Shown: positions 9,751-20,445, counted from the stretch's first letter. The stretch is DNA of 64,000 nucleotides from Minisyncoccota bacterium (GCA_041651055.1 JBAZJW010000001.1:373325-437324); one strand, 5' to 3'. Translations and numbers: made by a program. The notes: generated from the sequence alone by a model not told the origin.

Positions 9751-10251
9751 ATGGCCACCCCGCTCATTCAATACGTCGCGCAACCCAACGCTCGCGCTCA
9801 GAAACCAGAAGACACATGTCCCGCGTGTGGAAATCCACACGAAGAAGGAGAACCCCTCGTACCGTATCCAGTCACAGAAAAAGAAGCGGAACTCGTACTC
9901 CCAATTTTCCGGAATATAGGAGCAAAACTTCGTGTGGTTTTTGTTCCAGAACAAATTCCGAAATACCTCGCACGAGGTGTCAAAATCGAAAACGGCGCCG
10001 CTGTTTTTTCTGGGGATTTTCAAATGTTCGAAAACTCCAAGCCGTGTTTCAAGCTTTGGGCAAGTACAGAGGTCGAGGTCTTCAAAGAATTCAGATATGT
10101 GAGTGTTGATCTTGACTGGGACCCTGCAGACATTCTTTCCGTTGGATGGGCTTTTAATCCGAAAGACATCTACTGGAATTCCAAATGGACCGCTGAGGAT
10201 TTCCTTCGTGTCCACGGTCATAGAAACGGCCATCGCCAAAACAGTCAATGA
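9751..10251 (+). CDS. orphan protein with a CPACG motif
   Basis: AACCAAAGGAGACCATC-ATG; downstream hairpin and U-tract at ~10272-10312. Confidence 0.6.
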   Translation: MATPLIQYVAQPNARAQKPEDTCPACGNPHEEGEPLVPYPVTEKEAELVLPIFRNIGAKLRVVFVPEQIPKYLARGVKIENGAAVFSGDFQMFENSKPCFKLWASTEVEVFKEFRYVSVDLDWDPADILSVGWAFNPKDIYWNSKWTAEDFLRVHGHRNGHRQNSQ

Positions 10252-10373
10252 ACCAACTGCACAACAACAGCAAGTCCACTCCGCAATCGCCCACACAAGT
10301 GGGCTTTTCTTTTGTCTTACCGTCTTCTAGCTTCTTGCTTCTGGCTTTTTTCTGTGCTAGAATTGTCAAACAT

Positions 10374-10622
10374 ATGTCAAACGTAAACGTAGAAGTAAAA
10401 AAGAACCCGAGCGAAAACGCTCTTTCTCTTGTTCGTCGCTTTCAGAAGCGTGTTCAGGAATCAGGCATCCTTCCTCGTGTTCGTGGAATCCGTTACAGTG
10501 ATCGTCCACTCTCAGAATTAAAAACAAAACGTGCCAAGCTAAAGAAATTAAAGAATCTTGCAAAGTACGAACAGGACAAGAAAATGGGTAAGGTTGTGGA
10601 ACGAAAGAAAGGCCGCAGATAG
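10374..10622 (+). CDS. rpsU: 30S ribosomal protein S21
   Basis: MSNVNVEVKKNPSENALSLVRRFQKRVQESGIL..RY..RP, a basic bS21-like protein. ATG at 10374 follows TGCTAGAAT. Confidence 0.8.
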   Translation: MSNVNVEVKKNPSENALSLVRRFQKRVQESGILPRVRGIRYSDRPLSELKTKRAKLKKLKNLAKYEQDKKMGKVVERKKGRR

Positions 10623-10726
10623 AAATTAGCCAATAGGGTGTAGGGTATAGTAAAATGCATAATACCGAACGTGTTATGCATTTTGCATTTCACTATTGGC
10701 TATACCCTAGTGGCTAACAACTAAAA

Positions 10727-11125
10727 ATGTCTATACTAGAAAAAAATAACTTAACAGTAATTCGTAAGAACGGAAAAATTCCCGCTCTTCCTTTTTTAGA
10801 TCTCAAAGAAAAAATTCTTGGGAAAAGCTACGACCTTACGATTGTTTTTTGTTCACCAGAAGAATCTCGTGAACGAAACAAAACGTATCGAGACAAAGAC
10901 TACCCGACGAATATTCTTTCATTCCCCCTTTCAGATACAGAAGGAGAAATATACATATCGCTCATAACAGCGAGACGTGATGCTCACACATTCGAAATGT
11001 CATACCAAAAATTCCTACATCTCCTTATCATCCACGGCATGCTTCATTTGAAAGGACACGATCATGGTAGTACAATGGAAGAGCTAGAAGATTCGTATGT
11101 ACGCAAATTCTTCGCGATAAACTAA
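10727..11125 (+). CDS. ybeY: rRNA maturation RNase YbeY
   Basis: YRDKDYPTNILSF and HGMLHLKGHDH. Confidence 0.95.
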   Translation: MSILEKNNLTVIRKNGKIPALPFLDLKEKILGKSYDLTIVFCSPEESRERNKTYRDKDYPTNILSFPLSDTEGEIYISLITARRDAHTFEMSYQKFLHLLIIHGMLHLKGHDHGSTMEELEDSYVRKFFAIN

Positions 11126-11131
11126 TACTCT

Positions 11132-12298
11132 GTGGCACGAACTATACAAGACATGATTGTGGGTATCGATATCGGAAGCGGAAGCTTGCGTGCAATTGGT
11201 GCGATTCAACAAGAAGGCGTCAGGTTCCCTGTCGTTGTCGCTACTTACAAAAAAAGTATTGAGGGTATTGACCGCGGCACCATCACGGACAGTGCAGAAG
11301 TTACTCATGCTATCATCGATGCCGTTACGACACTCGAAGAAGAGTCTGGTCGCAACACCCTTCACACACTCATCTCTCTCGGAGCGGCGGGTCTTTCATC
11401 ACACCATGCAAATGGTCACGCCCAAGTGTCTCGCGGCGACGCATCAGTGACTGATTTAGATATTGAAAATGCAATTAAAGATGCCAACCGTGGGGTACCA
11501 GACATTCGCAACAAAGCCGTCATACATACGATTCCCATGAAGTACAAGTTAGACGGTGTCGATGTTCCTGGAAATATTATCGGTGTACGCGGTAATAAAC
11601 TTGAAGTACGAACCCTCTTCGTAACCTATCCACTACAATGCATGACCGTGCTCAAAAAAGCCCTCGCTGATGCCGGTGTACGCATCACAGACATCGTTGC
11701 TGGCCCTGTTGCTGAAAGCATTCCCCTTCTTACCAAGAAGCAGAAGGTCGCAGGTGTCGCCCTCATCAATATAGGTGCTGGTGTCACTTCTATTCTCGTG
11801 TATGAAAATAATATTCCCCTCCTTGTCTCCACTATTCCTGTTGGAGGCGATGACATTACCAAAGACATTGCCCTTGGGTTAAAAGTCACACTCGAAGAAG
11901 CTGAAGAAATAAAATGTAGACGAGCACAAACACATTTCGAGCGTCGTGTAGAAGAAATTATCGAAGCACGTCTAGAAGATTTGTGTGTAAAAATAAATAA
12001 AGAACTCTCGCGCATCGGTAGACAAGAACTACTTCCTGCTGGCATCGTCGTGTGTGGTTCTGCCTCACTTGTCTCTCGACTTGAATACGTCTTTCGTAAC
12101 GAACTCAAACTACCAATCAAACTCACCACCAATGAGCTTGTACGGCTAACCAACGATGCGCTTCGCGACAGTGGATGGGCACGTGTTTATGGTCTCACAT
12201 TCCTCGCACCGAACGACAGTGAAAATGATGTTATTCGTGAACTTTTCGCATCGTTCATCACGCGTATCAAAAAAATGGTTACTCAGTTTTTGCCATAG
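11132..12298 (+). CDS. ftsA: cell division protein FtsA
   Basis: GIDIGSG, INIGAGVT and IPVGGDDITKDIA; lies upstream of ftsZ; GTG start. Confidence 0.93.
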   Translation: MARTIQDMIVGIDIGSGSLRAIGAIQQEGVRFPVVVATYKKSIEGIDRGTITDSAEVTHAIIDAVTTLEEESGRNTLHTLISLGAAGLSSHHANGHAQVSRGDASVTDLDIENAIKDANRGVPDIRNKAVIHTIPMKYKLDGVDVPGNIIGVRGNKLEVRTLFVTYPLQCMTVLKKALADAGVRITDIVAGPVAESIPLLTKKQKVAGVALINIGAGVTSILVYENNIPLLVSTIPVGGDDITKDIALGLKVTLEEAEEIKCRRAQTHFERRVEEIIEARLEDLCVKINKELSRIGRQELLPAGIVVCGSASLVSRLEYVFRNELKLPIKLTTNELVRLTNDALRDSGWARVYGLTFLAPNDSENDVIRELFASFITRIKKMVTQFLP

Positions 12299-12483
12299 GG
12301 CCCAGTTAGGGGTTAACCGTTAGGAGTTAGGGGTACACATAAAAGCCTTATTTTGTTTACTGTTTTCTTACTCCTAACCCCTAACCGCCAACCCCTAACG
12401 GGGTTGGCAACAACACAAATTTTTTCTTTGCACAAGCCCTCACTGGTTTGCTATAGTTTTAGTATTAATCAACACATATTCCT

Positions 12484-13752
12484 ATGGCAAAAGTAAATCC
12501 AGAAATTGAAAGCTTCGCTCGTATTAAGGTCATCGGTATCGGTGGTTCTGGTAAAGGTGCACTCAATCATATGATCAATTCAAAACTCCAAGGAGTTGAA
12601 TTCATCGCGATGAACACAGACACACAAGATCTTCATCACTCTCTCGCTGAGAAGAAAATTCATATCGGTAAAAATCTCACCAAAGGACTTGGAGCAGGAA
12701 TGGACCCGGAAATTGGAAAACGTTCTGCTGAAGAAACTCGTGAGGAAGTCCAAGATGTTATTAAAGGGGCAGATATGGTATTCATTGCAAGCGGTATGGG
12801 TGGTGGAACGGGAACAGGCGCCGCGCCTGTGATCGCATCTATTGCAAAGAACGAAGGCATTCTTACTATCGGTGTCGTGACCAAACCATTCTTCTTTGAA
12901 GGAGCGTCCCGTATGAAGCTTGCAGAACGCGGTCTTGAAGAACTCGAGAAGGAAGTGGATGCACTTATTGTTATTCCAAACGATCGACTTCTTTCTGTCA
13001 TTGATAAAAACACATCTGTGAAGCAGGCTTTTGAAATGTGTGATGAAGTTTTGAAACAAGCAGTTGAAGGTATTTCTGATATTATTCGTACAGCCGGAAC
13101 AATCAACCTCGACTTTGCTGATATTAAGAGAATTTTGAAAGACTCAGGAACGGCTCTTATGGGTGTAGGGCGAGGCATGGGTGAAAATCGCGCACGTGAA
13201 GCAGCTACGGCAGCTGTAAATTCCCCTCTTCTTGATGTTTCTATTCATGGAGCAAAGGGTGTACTCTTTGCTATCTACGGAGCAGAAGATCTTGGAATGC
13301 TCGAAGTACAAGAAGCTGCGAAGATTATTACAGAATCAGTTGATAAGGATGCAAAGATTATTTTTGGTATCGCAACAGATCCAACTCTTAAAAAGGATGA
13401 GATCAAGGTGACTGTTATTGCAACAGGATTTCCAAGTGGATTTTCTACACGCGGACATTCTTCCCCTTCATCTCCTGTTATTGAAACACGACGAGAGACA
13501 GAAGCCCTTCACCCAGAACCACGTATCGAAAAGACAGAAACAATTCGTGAGGCAGTAAAGGAAGCCCGTGAATCACATGTCGCACCGACAGATAGACGTA
13601 TTGATCTTGAAATAGGAAATGAAGAAACAAAAGAAGACGAAGATGCGAAGAAACCAAAAGTAGAAGCAAAGAAAACAGTATTTAAATTTGATGACGATGA
13701 AGAGGATGATGAATGGGAAGCATTGCCACCATTCCTCAGGCGAAAGAAGTAA
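12484..13752 (+). CDS. ftsZ: cell division protein FtsZ
   Basis: GMGGGTGTG tubulin motif, NLDFAD and C-terminal LPPFLRRKK. Confidence 0.98.
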   Translation: MAKVNPEIESFARIKVIGIGGSGKGALNHMINSKLQGVEFIAMNTDTQDLHHSLAEKKIHIGKNLTKGLGAGMDPEIGKRSAEETREEVQDVIKGADMVFIASGMGGGTGTGAAPVIASIAKNEGILTIGVVTKPFFFEGASRMKLAERGLEELEKEVDALIVIPNDRLLSVIDKNTSVKQAFEMCDEVLKQAVEGISDIIRTAGTINLDFADIKRILKDSGTALMGVGRGMGENRAREAATAAVNSPLLDVSIHGAKGVLFAIYGAEDLGMLEVQEAAKIITESVDKDAKIIFGIATDPTLKKDEIKVTVIATGFPSGFSTRGHSSPSSPVIETRRETEALHPEPRIEKTETIREAVKEARESHVAPTDRRIDLEIGNEETKEDEDAKKPKVEAKKTVFKFDDDEEDDEWEALPPFLRRKK

Positions 13753-13874
13753 AACAAATAAAATTACTTCATCTGCTTCGTTGCACAAGATTTTTGTTCC
13801 CGCGAAGTACTATTCGTACATCTTGGTCACAAAAATCTTGTGCGCCTTGCATCTAAAGCAATTTTCTTAGTTTT
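13751..13874. mobile_element. ERIC/RPE-like palindromic element, copy 2 (reverse orientation on +)
   Basis: The reverse complement reads AATTGCTTTAGATGCAAGGC-stem-GATGTACGAATAGTAC-stem-AACGAAGCAGATGAAGTAATT. Confidence 0.72.
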
Positions 13875-13880
13875 GGTAAT

Positions 13881-13913
13881 TAAAAAACCGAGTCGTACGA
13901 CTCGGTTTTTTTA
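13881..13913 (+). terminator. intrinsic terminator after ftsZ
   Basis: AAAAAACCGAGTCGTACGACTCGGTTTTTTT. Confidence 0.7.
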
Positions 13914-14006
13914 TTACTTCTTTCGGCATCATCAGGTGAATTGATAATTTAAAATTTTTAATTTTTATTAAACACTACCAAAAACGATGTGATATAATTG
14001 ACTTCT

Positions 14007-14966
14007 ATGCCCACCACATCCACTCTCTCCTCTTCCCTCTCACCTCTTGCCTACGATTTAATAATCGTAGGAGGTGGTCCCGCTGGTACTGCTGCGGCCG
14101 TCTATGCTGCTCGTAAGCAATTACGCTCGCTTCTCATTGTAAAAGAATGGGGAGGTCAATCAACGGTCTCAGATGATATTCAAAACTGGATTGGCACACC
14201 ACACATTTCTGGTGCGAATCTCGCAGCATCATTCAAGTCTCATATCGATGAATACAGAGGTGATATTCTTTCTGTTGCTGAAGGTTCTGGTGTCACCGCT
14301 ATTACAGGCACAGACGGCGACTTCACCGTCACTCTAGAAAACGGAAACGAACACAAAGGAAAGACCGTGATCATTGCCACAGGATCATCTCGTAGGAAAT
14401 TAGACATACCTGGTGCAGATATTTTCGAAAACAAAGGCATCACCTATTGTGCTTCATGCGATGGGCCACTTTTTTCTGGCATGGATGTAGTTGTTGTTGG
14501 TGGAGGAAATGCAGGCTTTGAATCTGCAGCTCAACTTCTCGCTTACTGTAAATCCGTCACACTTCTTTCACGAAGTGAGCCTCGGGCAGACGCCATTACC
14601 GTTGCAAAATTAAAGCAGCGTGAAAACTTTACCCTCGTTACCAATGCCGTTCCCAAGAATGTGCAGGGTTCAGTCTTTGTAGAATCTATTACCTACACCA
14701 AGTCAGAAACAAACGAAGACGTCACACTCCCTGTAGCTGCTGTCTTTGTCGAAATAGGACAACTTCCAGCCACAGACTTCGCGAAAGCTATTGTGAATCG
14801 TGATGCGACGAATCACATCATCATCAATCCACGTACACAAGAAACCTCTACTGTTGGCATCTGGTCAGCCGGTGACTGTACGGACGTGCTCTATCATCAA
14901 AACAATATCGCAGCTGGAGATGCTGTGCGAGCCTTAGAAGATATCTACCTCCATATTCACGCCTAA
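14007..14966 (+). CDS. trxB: thioredoxin reductase-like FAD-dependent disulfide oxidoreductase
   Basis: GGGPAG, YCASCDG, GGGNAG and SAGDCTD. An AhpF C-terminal-type enzyme is also possible. Confidence 0.85.
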   Translation: MPTTSTLSSSLSPLAYDLIIVGGGPAGTAAAVYAARKQLRSLLIVKEWGGQSTVSDDIQNWIGTPHISGANLAASFKSHIDEYRGDILSVAEGSGVTAITGTDGDFTVTLENGNEHKGKTVIIATGSSRRKLDIPGADIFENKGITYCASCDGPLFSGMDVVVVGGGNAGFESAAQLLAYCKSVTLLSRSEPRADAITVAKLKQRENFTLVTNAVPKNVQGSVFVESITYTKSETNEDVTLPVAAVFVEIGQLPATDFAKAIVNRDATNHIIINPRTQETSTVGIWSAGDCTDVLYHQNNIAAGDAVRALEDIYLHIHA

Positions 14967-15022
14967 GTCGTTAGTCGTTAGTCGTTAGTCGTTAGTCGTT
15001 AGTCGTTAGTCGTTAGTCGTTA
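14967..15022. repeat. perfect heptamer tandem repeat (GTCGTTA)x8
   Basis: 8 exact copies immediately after the trxB stop. Confidence 0.97.
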
Positions 15023-15100
15023 GGTAAATTGTAATGCGGGATAATTTGCTTTGCAAATTATCCCGCATTACCTAACGAAGAACACCCTAACGTCCTAACT
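15012..15100. repeat. 89-bp direct repeat, copy 1 (contains TAATGCGGGATAATTTGC palindrome)
   Basis: Matches 16887-16975 with 2 mismatches. Confidence 0.95.
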
Positions 15101-15141
15101 GCAAAATGGTCAACGGCTGTCCATTTTGCTATGCTTGAAGG

Positions 15142-16884
15142 ATGCAAAAATATCTCTCTCTTATTGTTCGTCTCTGGAAAATGCTTAAACCTTTCCACAA
15201 AGACTTCTACTTACAGCTCTTCTCAACAATTATTCAACAAGGAATAACCGTATACGTTATTTACCTGACAGCAAAAGTTCTCGACAATCTCATTCATAAA
15301 AATTTTGAGGTAGCTCTTACTTTAGTGGGTATTACCACTACAATTTCTCTTGCGAAAGTCATCATTGCTTACTTCACCGAAATACATGCCCAGAACAATC
15401 TAGACTTTGCAATACAACAACACCTTCAAGAATATTCATTTAAGAAAATATTCAAATTAAACATTTCTCAATACACAGAAGATCACTCAGCAGTTAAACA
15501 GCAAGTTATAGACCGCGGTGAAGCAGCGATAGACACTATCATCTCTACGCTCATACTAAACCTTCTCCCGACAATAACCCAAGTGCTCTTTGCTATTATT
15601 GCTATTTCATTTTACTCAAAAATAGTTGGTATATGGACCTTTACCTCGCTTCTTATTGTGGTTTTGTGGAGTAACTACTTTGCGAAATATCATAGACCAT
15701 TCATAAAACAAGATATTGAAAATGGTGACAGACAAAAGAGAGTGCGAACAGAATCATTCCAACATCTAAGCCTCATTCGAACCCTTGGTGCCGAAGACTT
15801 CTATCTTGAAAAGTACCTCAACAGTAGACAAAAGGTTATGGACTACAAAAAGTTTGTGTGGAACATTGCCATAAAACATGGCCACAGAAGGTATGGATTC
15901 TTCACGGCATCCAGATCCTTTAGCACCGTCATTATTATTTACTTGGCATACATGGGGACAATAACCGTCGGATCAATCTACGCTGTTTGGGCGTATATCA
16001 GCGAAGCCAATAGTCAGATATTTAGTATTATTCAAGCAATACGACAAATGCCGCTTCGCTTTAGTGAGCTCGAAAAGTACCTAGACATTGTCGACAAAGA
16101 AGCTCTCTTTGACGAGCACGGAAAGAAAACAAAACTTGTTGGTGATATTGTTTTAAACAAGCTCACCTTCAAGTATCCACAGGGAAATATCGAGCTCTTC
16201 AATAATCTTTCTCTCACCATCCCCTACGGTAAAAAAGTTGCTTTCGTAGGTTCATCTGGTTCTGGAAAGTCCACCATTGTTAAATTGCTTCTTCGTATAT
16301 ATACCTACGATGAAGGCTCTATCACTATCGGTGGAGTGGAACTAAAAAACATAGAGGGTAAATATCTTCGAGAGAGTATTGGGTATGTTGAGCAGCACGT
16401 AGATCTCTTCGATGAAACCATACGAGAAAATATTTTAGTCGGTATAAAAAATAAAGACAAAAAAAGTGCAGAGAGAAGGTTGGGTGAAGTTGCAGAACAA
16501 TCTCGCATTTCTGAATTCTACCATCGCCTCGGTAAAGAAAAGTTCGACACGTACATCGGTGAACGTGGTGTGAAATTATCAGGTGGCGAACGTCAGCGTA
16601 TCGGTATCGCACGCGCAATTATCAAGAATCCAGACATCCTCATCTTCGACGAAGCAACGGCATCACTGGACGCAGAGAATGAAGCAAAGGTAATGGAAGC
16701 TATCAACGACGTCTCTCATGGAAAAACATCCATCATTATTGCCCATAGACTCTCTACCGTACGAGATGCTGATAAAATCATCGTCATGGATAAAGGGCAC
16801 GTTGTTGGTGAAGGAACTCACGATGAGTTGATGCAATCGTGTGACATATACCAAAATCTCGTCGCACACCAGTTATCAAGTTAA
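15142..16884 (+). CDS. ABC transporter, fused permease/ATP-binding (MsbA-like exporter)
   Basis: N-terminal TM domain, GSSGSGKST, LSGGERQR and LIFDEAT. Confidence 0.93.
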   Translation: MQKYLSLIVRLWKMLKPFHKDFYLQLFSTIIQQGITVYVIYLTAKVLDNLIHKNFEVALTLVGITTTISLAKVIIAYFTEIHAQNNLDFAIQQHLQEYSFKKIFKLNISQYTEDHSAVKQQVIDRGEAAIDTIISTLILNLLPTITQVLFAIIAISFYSKIVGIWTFTSLLIVVLWSNYFAKYHRPFIKQDIENGDRQKRVRTESFQHLSLIRTLGAEDFYLEKYLNSRQKVMDYKKFVWNIAIKHGHRRYGFFTASRSFSTVIIIYLAYMGTITVGSIYAVWAYISEANSQIFSIIQAIRQMPLRFSELEKYLDIVDKEALFDEHGKKTKLVGDIVLNKLTFKYPQGNIELFNNLSLTIPYGKKVAFVGSSGSGKSTIVKLLLRIYTYDEGSITIGGVELKNIEGKYLRESIGYVEQHVDLFDETIRENILVGIKNKDKKSAERRLGEVAEQSRISEFYHRLGKEKFDTYIGERGVKLSGGERQRIGIARAIIKNPDILIFDEATASLDAENEAKVMEAINDVSHGKTSIIIAHRLSTVRDADKIIVMDKGHVVGEGTHDELMQSCDIYQNLVAHQLSS

Positions 16885-16886
16885 AT

Positions 16887-16975
16887 GTTAGTCGTTAGGT
16901 AAACTGTAATGCGGGATAATTTGCTTTGCAAATTATCCCGCATTACCTAACGAAGAACGCCCTAACGTCCTAACT
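16887..16975. repeat. 89-bp direct repeat, copy 2
   Basis: Matches 15012-15100 and includes the last codons of the TfoX-domain gene. Confidence 0.95.
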
Positions 16976-17306
16976 TCCCCTTCGGTAACTTCGCAACCGT
17001 TAGCGCCACATCCAACCATACCTCTCTCTTTGTTCTGTCTTCGTATATTTCTGATGGTACAAGGAAATAATATAAATGCGCATCTTTCCCTTCCTTTGTG
17101 TAGGTAAACTGTTTACTTCCTCGATCTAGATACCATGATGCCAATTCTTTTGATCCCTTGAAATACACTTCGTCGTTTTCGACGAGAGCAAAGGCCTTCC
17201 CTTCATAGTACAAAATATGCGCGCCCATCATGGCGCGAAAGGTAATCGGTTCAGATTCACCGAATATGTCATATACGATATATTCGAGAAAAGGTGTCGT
17301 CTTCAT
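16962..17306 (-). CDS. TfoX/Sxy N-terminal domain protein
   Basis: ITFRAMMGAHILYYEGKAFALVENDEVYFK...FTY...YYFLVPSEIYED pattern. Confidence 0.82.
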   Translation of the reverse strand: MKTTPFLEYIVYDIFGESEPITFRAMMGAHILYYEGKAFALVENDEVYFKGSKELASWYLDRGSKQFTYTKEGKDAHLYYFLVPSEIYEDRTKREVWLDVALTVAKLPKGKLGR

Positions 17307-17452
17307 AACGACCAGTCTATAAAGTTAAAAGCAAAAAGTCCATAAAGGGATAAGGGCGGCCACTTCGTGGCCGCCCGTGTTCTCTTAAAACTAAAAACTG
17401 GAAACTAAAAACTATTTCATAGACTTTCCACTCTGCTGCTATACTATCTGGT

Positions 17453-18715
17453 ATGAACAATTTAATTGCGCGTTTCAAGAAAGCCATTGGCCCAGGAGTT
17501 ATTACCGGTATCGCAGACGATGATCCGTCCGGCATCGCTACCTACGCTCAGACAGGTGCTATGTTTGGATTTTCTCAACTCTGGCTCGCGCTTTTCTCGT
17601 ACCCTTTTATGGTCGCCATTCAAGAAATGTGTGGACGCATTGGTATGGTCACAGGTAAAGGTCTCGCCGGAGTTATCAAAAAATATTACAGCCGAAAGAT
17701 ACTCTTTGGAGCAGTTGCCGTGCTTGCCATTACAAACATCATCAATATCGGCGCTGACCTGGGTGCCATGGCCTCTGCCACACAACTCATCCTCCCTGTA
17801 ACTTTTGTTCAGGCGCTTTTTGTTCTTACCGCCATCACTATCTTCACTGAAGTATTCATTCCCTATCCGACATATGTTGGTATTCTCAAATATTTAGCAC
17901 TCACAGTGTTTGCGTATGTCATTGCAGCTTTTGCGGTTCATCAAGATTGGCCAAAAATATTTCATCTCACTATTATTCCTCACATTACATGGACAAAGGA
18001 ATATATTTTAAACGTGACAGCGATGCTCGGTACAACCATTTCACCATACCTTTTCTTTTGGCAGGCAGATGAAGAAGTGGAAGAAGAACTTATTAGCAAT
18101 AAGCTTCGCACTATGGGTAAAGGTACTCCCAAGATTCAATCTGAAGACTTGCAACAAATGCGTACAGATACTGCTACAGGCATGCTTATTTCTAATGTCG
18201 TCACCTTTTTCATTATCATCACTACTGCGAGCACTCTCGGTGCACATGGACTCACTACTGTCACCTCTGCGGCCCAAGTAGCTGAATCACTTCGTCCTTT
18301 TGCTGGAGACTTCGCATCGCTACTCTTCACCCTCGGTATTGTCGGCACAGGATTACTCGCGGTGCCCGTACTCGCAGGATCTGCAGCATATGCTATTTCG
18401 GAAATGTTCGGATGGAAAGAAGGGCTTGGCAAAAAGTTCTCTCAAGCAAAGGCGTTTTATGCGGTGATTATTATCTCTACACTCGTCGGACTCCTCGTAA
18501 ACATCTCGTCCATTTCACCAATGGTCATGCTCTACTACGCGGCAATATTAAACGGCCTTCTCGCCCCACCACTTATGATTCTCATTCTCTTGATTGGAAA
18601 TAATAAAAAGATTCTTGGTGATAAAGTAAACGGAAGACTAGGAAACATTCTTGGTATCATCATCACGACTGTTATGTCACTCCTTACACTCTACTTCCTC
18701 TACGGATTATTCTAG
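17453..18715 (+). CDS. Nramp-family divalent metal transporter
   Basis: GPGVITGIADDDPSGIATY and LGTTISPYLFFWQA; polytopic membrane protein. Confidence 0.9.
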   Translation: MNNLIARFKKAIGPGVITGIADDDPSGIATYAQTGAMFGFSQLWLALFSYPFMVAIQEMCGRIGMVTGKGLAGVIKKYYSRKILFGAVAVLAITNIINIGADLGAMASATQLILPVTFVQALFVLTAITIFTEVFIPYPTYVGILKYLALTVFAYVIAAFAVHQDWPKIFHLTIIPHITWTKEYILNVTAMLGTTISPYLFFWQADEEVEEELISNKLRTMGKGTPKIQSEDLQQMRTDTATGMLISNVVTFFIIITTASTLGAHGLTTVTSAAQVAESLRPFAGDFASLLFTLGIVGTGLLAVPVLAGSAAYAISEMFGWKEGLGKKFSQAKAFYAVIIISTLVGLLVNISSISPMVMLYYAAILNGLLAPPLMILILLIGNNKKILGDKVNGRLGNILGIIITTVMSLLTLYFLYGLF

Positions 18716-18852
18716 GGTTTACCCTAAAGTATCGCTATGGTTTCTTTAGATTTTTCGTGTATATTTTTCTAAAAACTAAAAACTGGAAACTAAAAACTTT
18801 CATGGACGTTCTCCACTTTCACACCATATACCACATGTGATATACTTTTCAT

Positions 18853-20367
18853 ATGCCTCCAAATGACCAAGAAAAGATAGGACTTTTCATCAAGAAACTC
18901 CGTGAAGAAAAAGGAATGACCCAAGGTGAGCTTGCCAAAGCTCTCAAGACTTCCCAGCCCGCAGTGGCCCGTATTGAGTCTGGAAACCAAAATTTGACCA
19001 TAGAGCACATCGAAAAGATAAGCGAGGTACTTGGGCAACAAATCGTAACATTAAACGATACTATTGATTTTAAGGTTCATGGTGGCCGAAAATTATCCGG
19101 CTCTATCACCACCAACACCTCCAAAAATGGCGCAGTTAACATGATGGTCGCTGCCCTTGTAAACTCGGGCACTACCGTACTCCGCGACATTCCCCATATC
19201 GAAGAAGTGTACCGCTACAAAGAGCTTCTCGAGAGTTTGGGTGTGAAGATACGCTGGACACACGATGACACAGCACTTTCTATTACACCACCAAAGAAAC
19301 TTCTGTTTTCAAAAATGAACAAAGACGTCGCTACACGCATCCGGTCATTTACCTTTGCTGGTGCATTCATTCACTTCAGTGATCAGTTCACCCTCCCTCA
19401 TTCCGGTGGATGTAAAATGGGAGAACGCACCGTCGCGTCACATAAGTACGCGCTCGACTATCTCGGCGTTTCAATAGACACCAAAGAAAATCATTACGCT
19501 ATTTCCTACAAAAAATTACATACTGGAACTATTCCTTTATACGAATCATCAGATACAGGTGCCATCACTGCACTCCTCGCGGCATCTCGTATCGAAGGTA
19601 CGACGACAATTATGTTTGCTCCGCCGAACTACCAAGTGCAAGATGTGTGTTTCTTACTTGAACATTTTGGTGTAAAGATCGAAGGTATCGGAAGTACAAC
19701 GCTTATCGTACATGGCAAGAAAGACATTAATGTCGATGTCGAACATTACAATAGTGAAGACCCTATCGAAAGTATGTTTTTCTTGGCTGCCGGAATTGTT
19801 ACAGGATCGAAACTCACCATCACACGTTGTCCGATTGAATTCCTTACTCTTGAAATAGAAAAATTAAAGCGCATGGGATTGAAATATTCTCTTTCAAAGA
19901 AGTACCTCGCGAAGAATGAAAGAACATCTCTCGTTGATATTACTATTTCACCTTCGAAGTTAACCGCACCGACAGACAAAATCCACGCGCAACCTTTCCC
20001 TGGAATCAACAATGATAATCTCCCCTTCTTCGTACCAATTGCATGTTTTGCAGAAGGTCAAACTCTCATCCATGATTGGACATGGGAAAATCGCGCCATC
20101 TATTTTACAGAATTGAATCGCCTCGGCGCTGATATCAAATTACTCGACCCACACCGAGCCCTTGTGACGAGTGTGAAGAAATTACGCGGTGCACAAATCG
20201 TCTCCCCTCCTGCGCTTCGTCCGACCGCTATTATTTTGATCGCTATGCTTGCCGCTGAAGGCACATCATTACTTCGCAATGTGTACTCCATCAAGCGCGG
20301 CTACGCAGACATTGCTGAACGATTAAATTCTATCGGCGCGAAGATTGAAGTGTTAAGAGGAGTGTAA
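18853..20367 (+). CDS. murA: UDP-N-acetylglucosamine 1-carboxyvinyltransferase with N-terminal XRE HTH
   Basis: LREEKGMTQGELAKALKTSQPAVARIESG (HTH_XRE) followed by SKNGA, SGGCKMGERT and IKRGY. Confidence 0.92.
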   Translation: MPPNDQEKIGLFIKKLREEKGMTQGELAKALKTSQPAVARIESGNQNLTIEHIEKISEVLGQQIVTLNDTIDFKVHGGRKLSGSITTNTSKNGAVNMMVAALVNSGTTVLRDIPHIEEVYRYKELLESLGVKIRWTHDDTALSITPPKKLLFSKMNKDVATRIRSFTFAGAFIHFSDQFTLPHSGGCKMGERTVASHKYALDYLGVSIDTKENHYAISYKKLHTGTIPLYESSDTGAITALLAASRIEGTTTIMFAPPNYQVQDVCFLLEHFGVKIEGIGSTTLIVHGKKDINVDVEHYNSEDPIESMFFLAAGIVTGSKLTITRCPIEFLTLEIEKLKRMGLKYSLSKKYLAKNERTSLVDITISPSKLTAPTDKIHAQPFPGINNDNLPFFVPIACFAEGQTLIHDWTWENRAIYFTELNRLGADIKLLDPHRALVTSVKKLRGAQIVSPPALRPTAIILIAMLAAEGTSLLRNVYSIKRGYADIAERLNSIGAKIEVLRGV

Positions 20368-20445
20368 GAGATAGCTTAGAGTCAACAGTTTATAGTTGAT
20401 AGAAAATACAATTACAAGGTGAGGTCTTGTATTAAAAAAGACAGA

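Noticed and set aside
15012-16975. Integron attC sites suggested by GTTAG.. heptamers
   Set aside because: The arms run GTT...AAC, the reverse of RYYYAAC...GTTRRRY, and no integron integrase is present.
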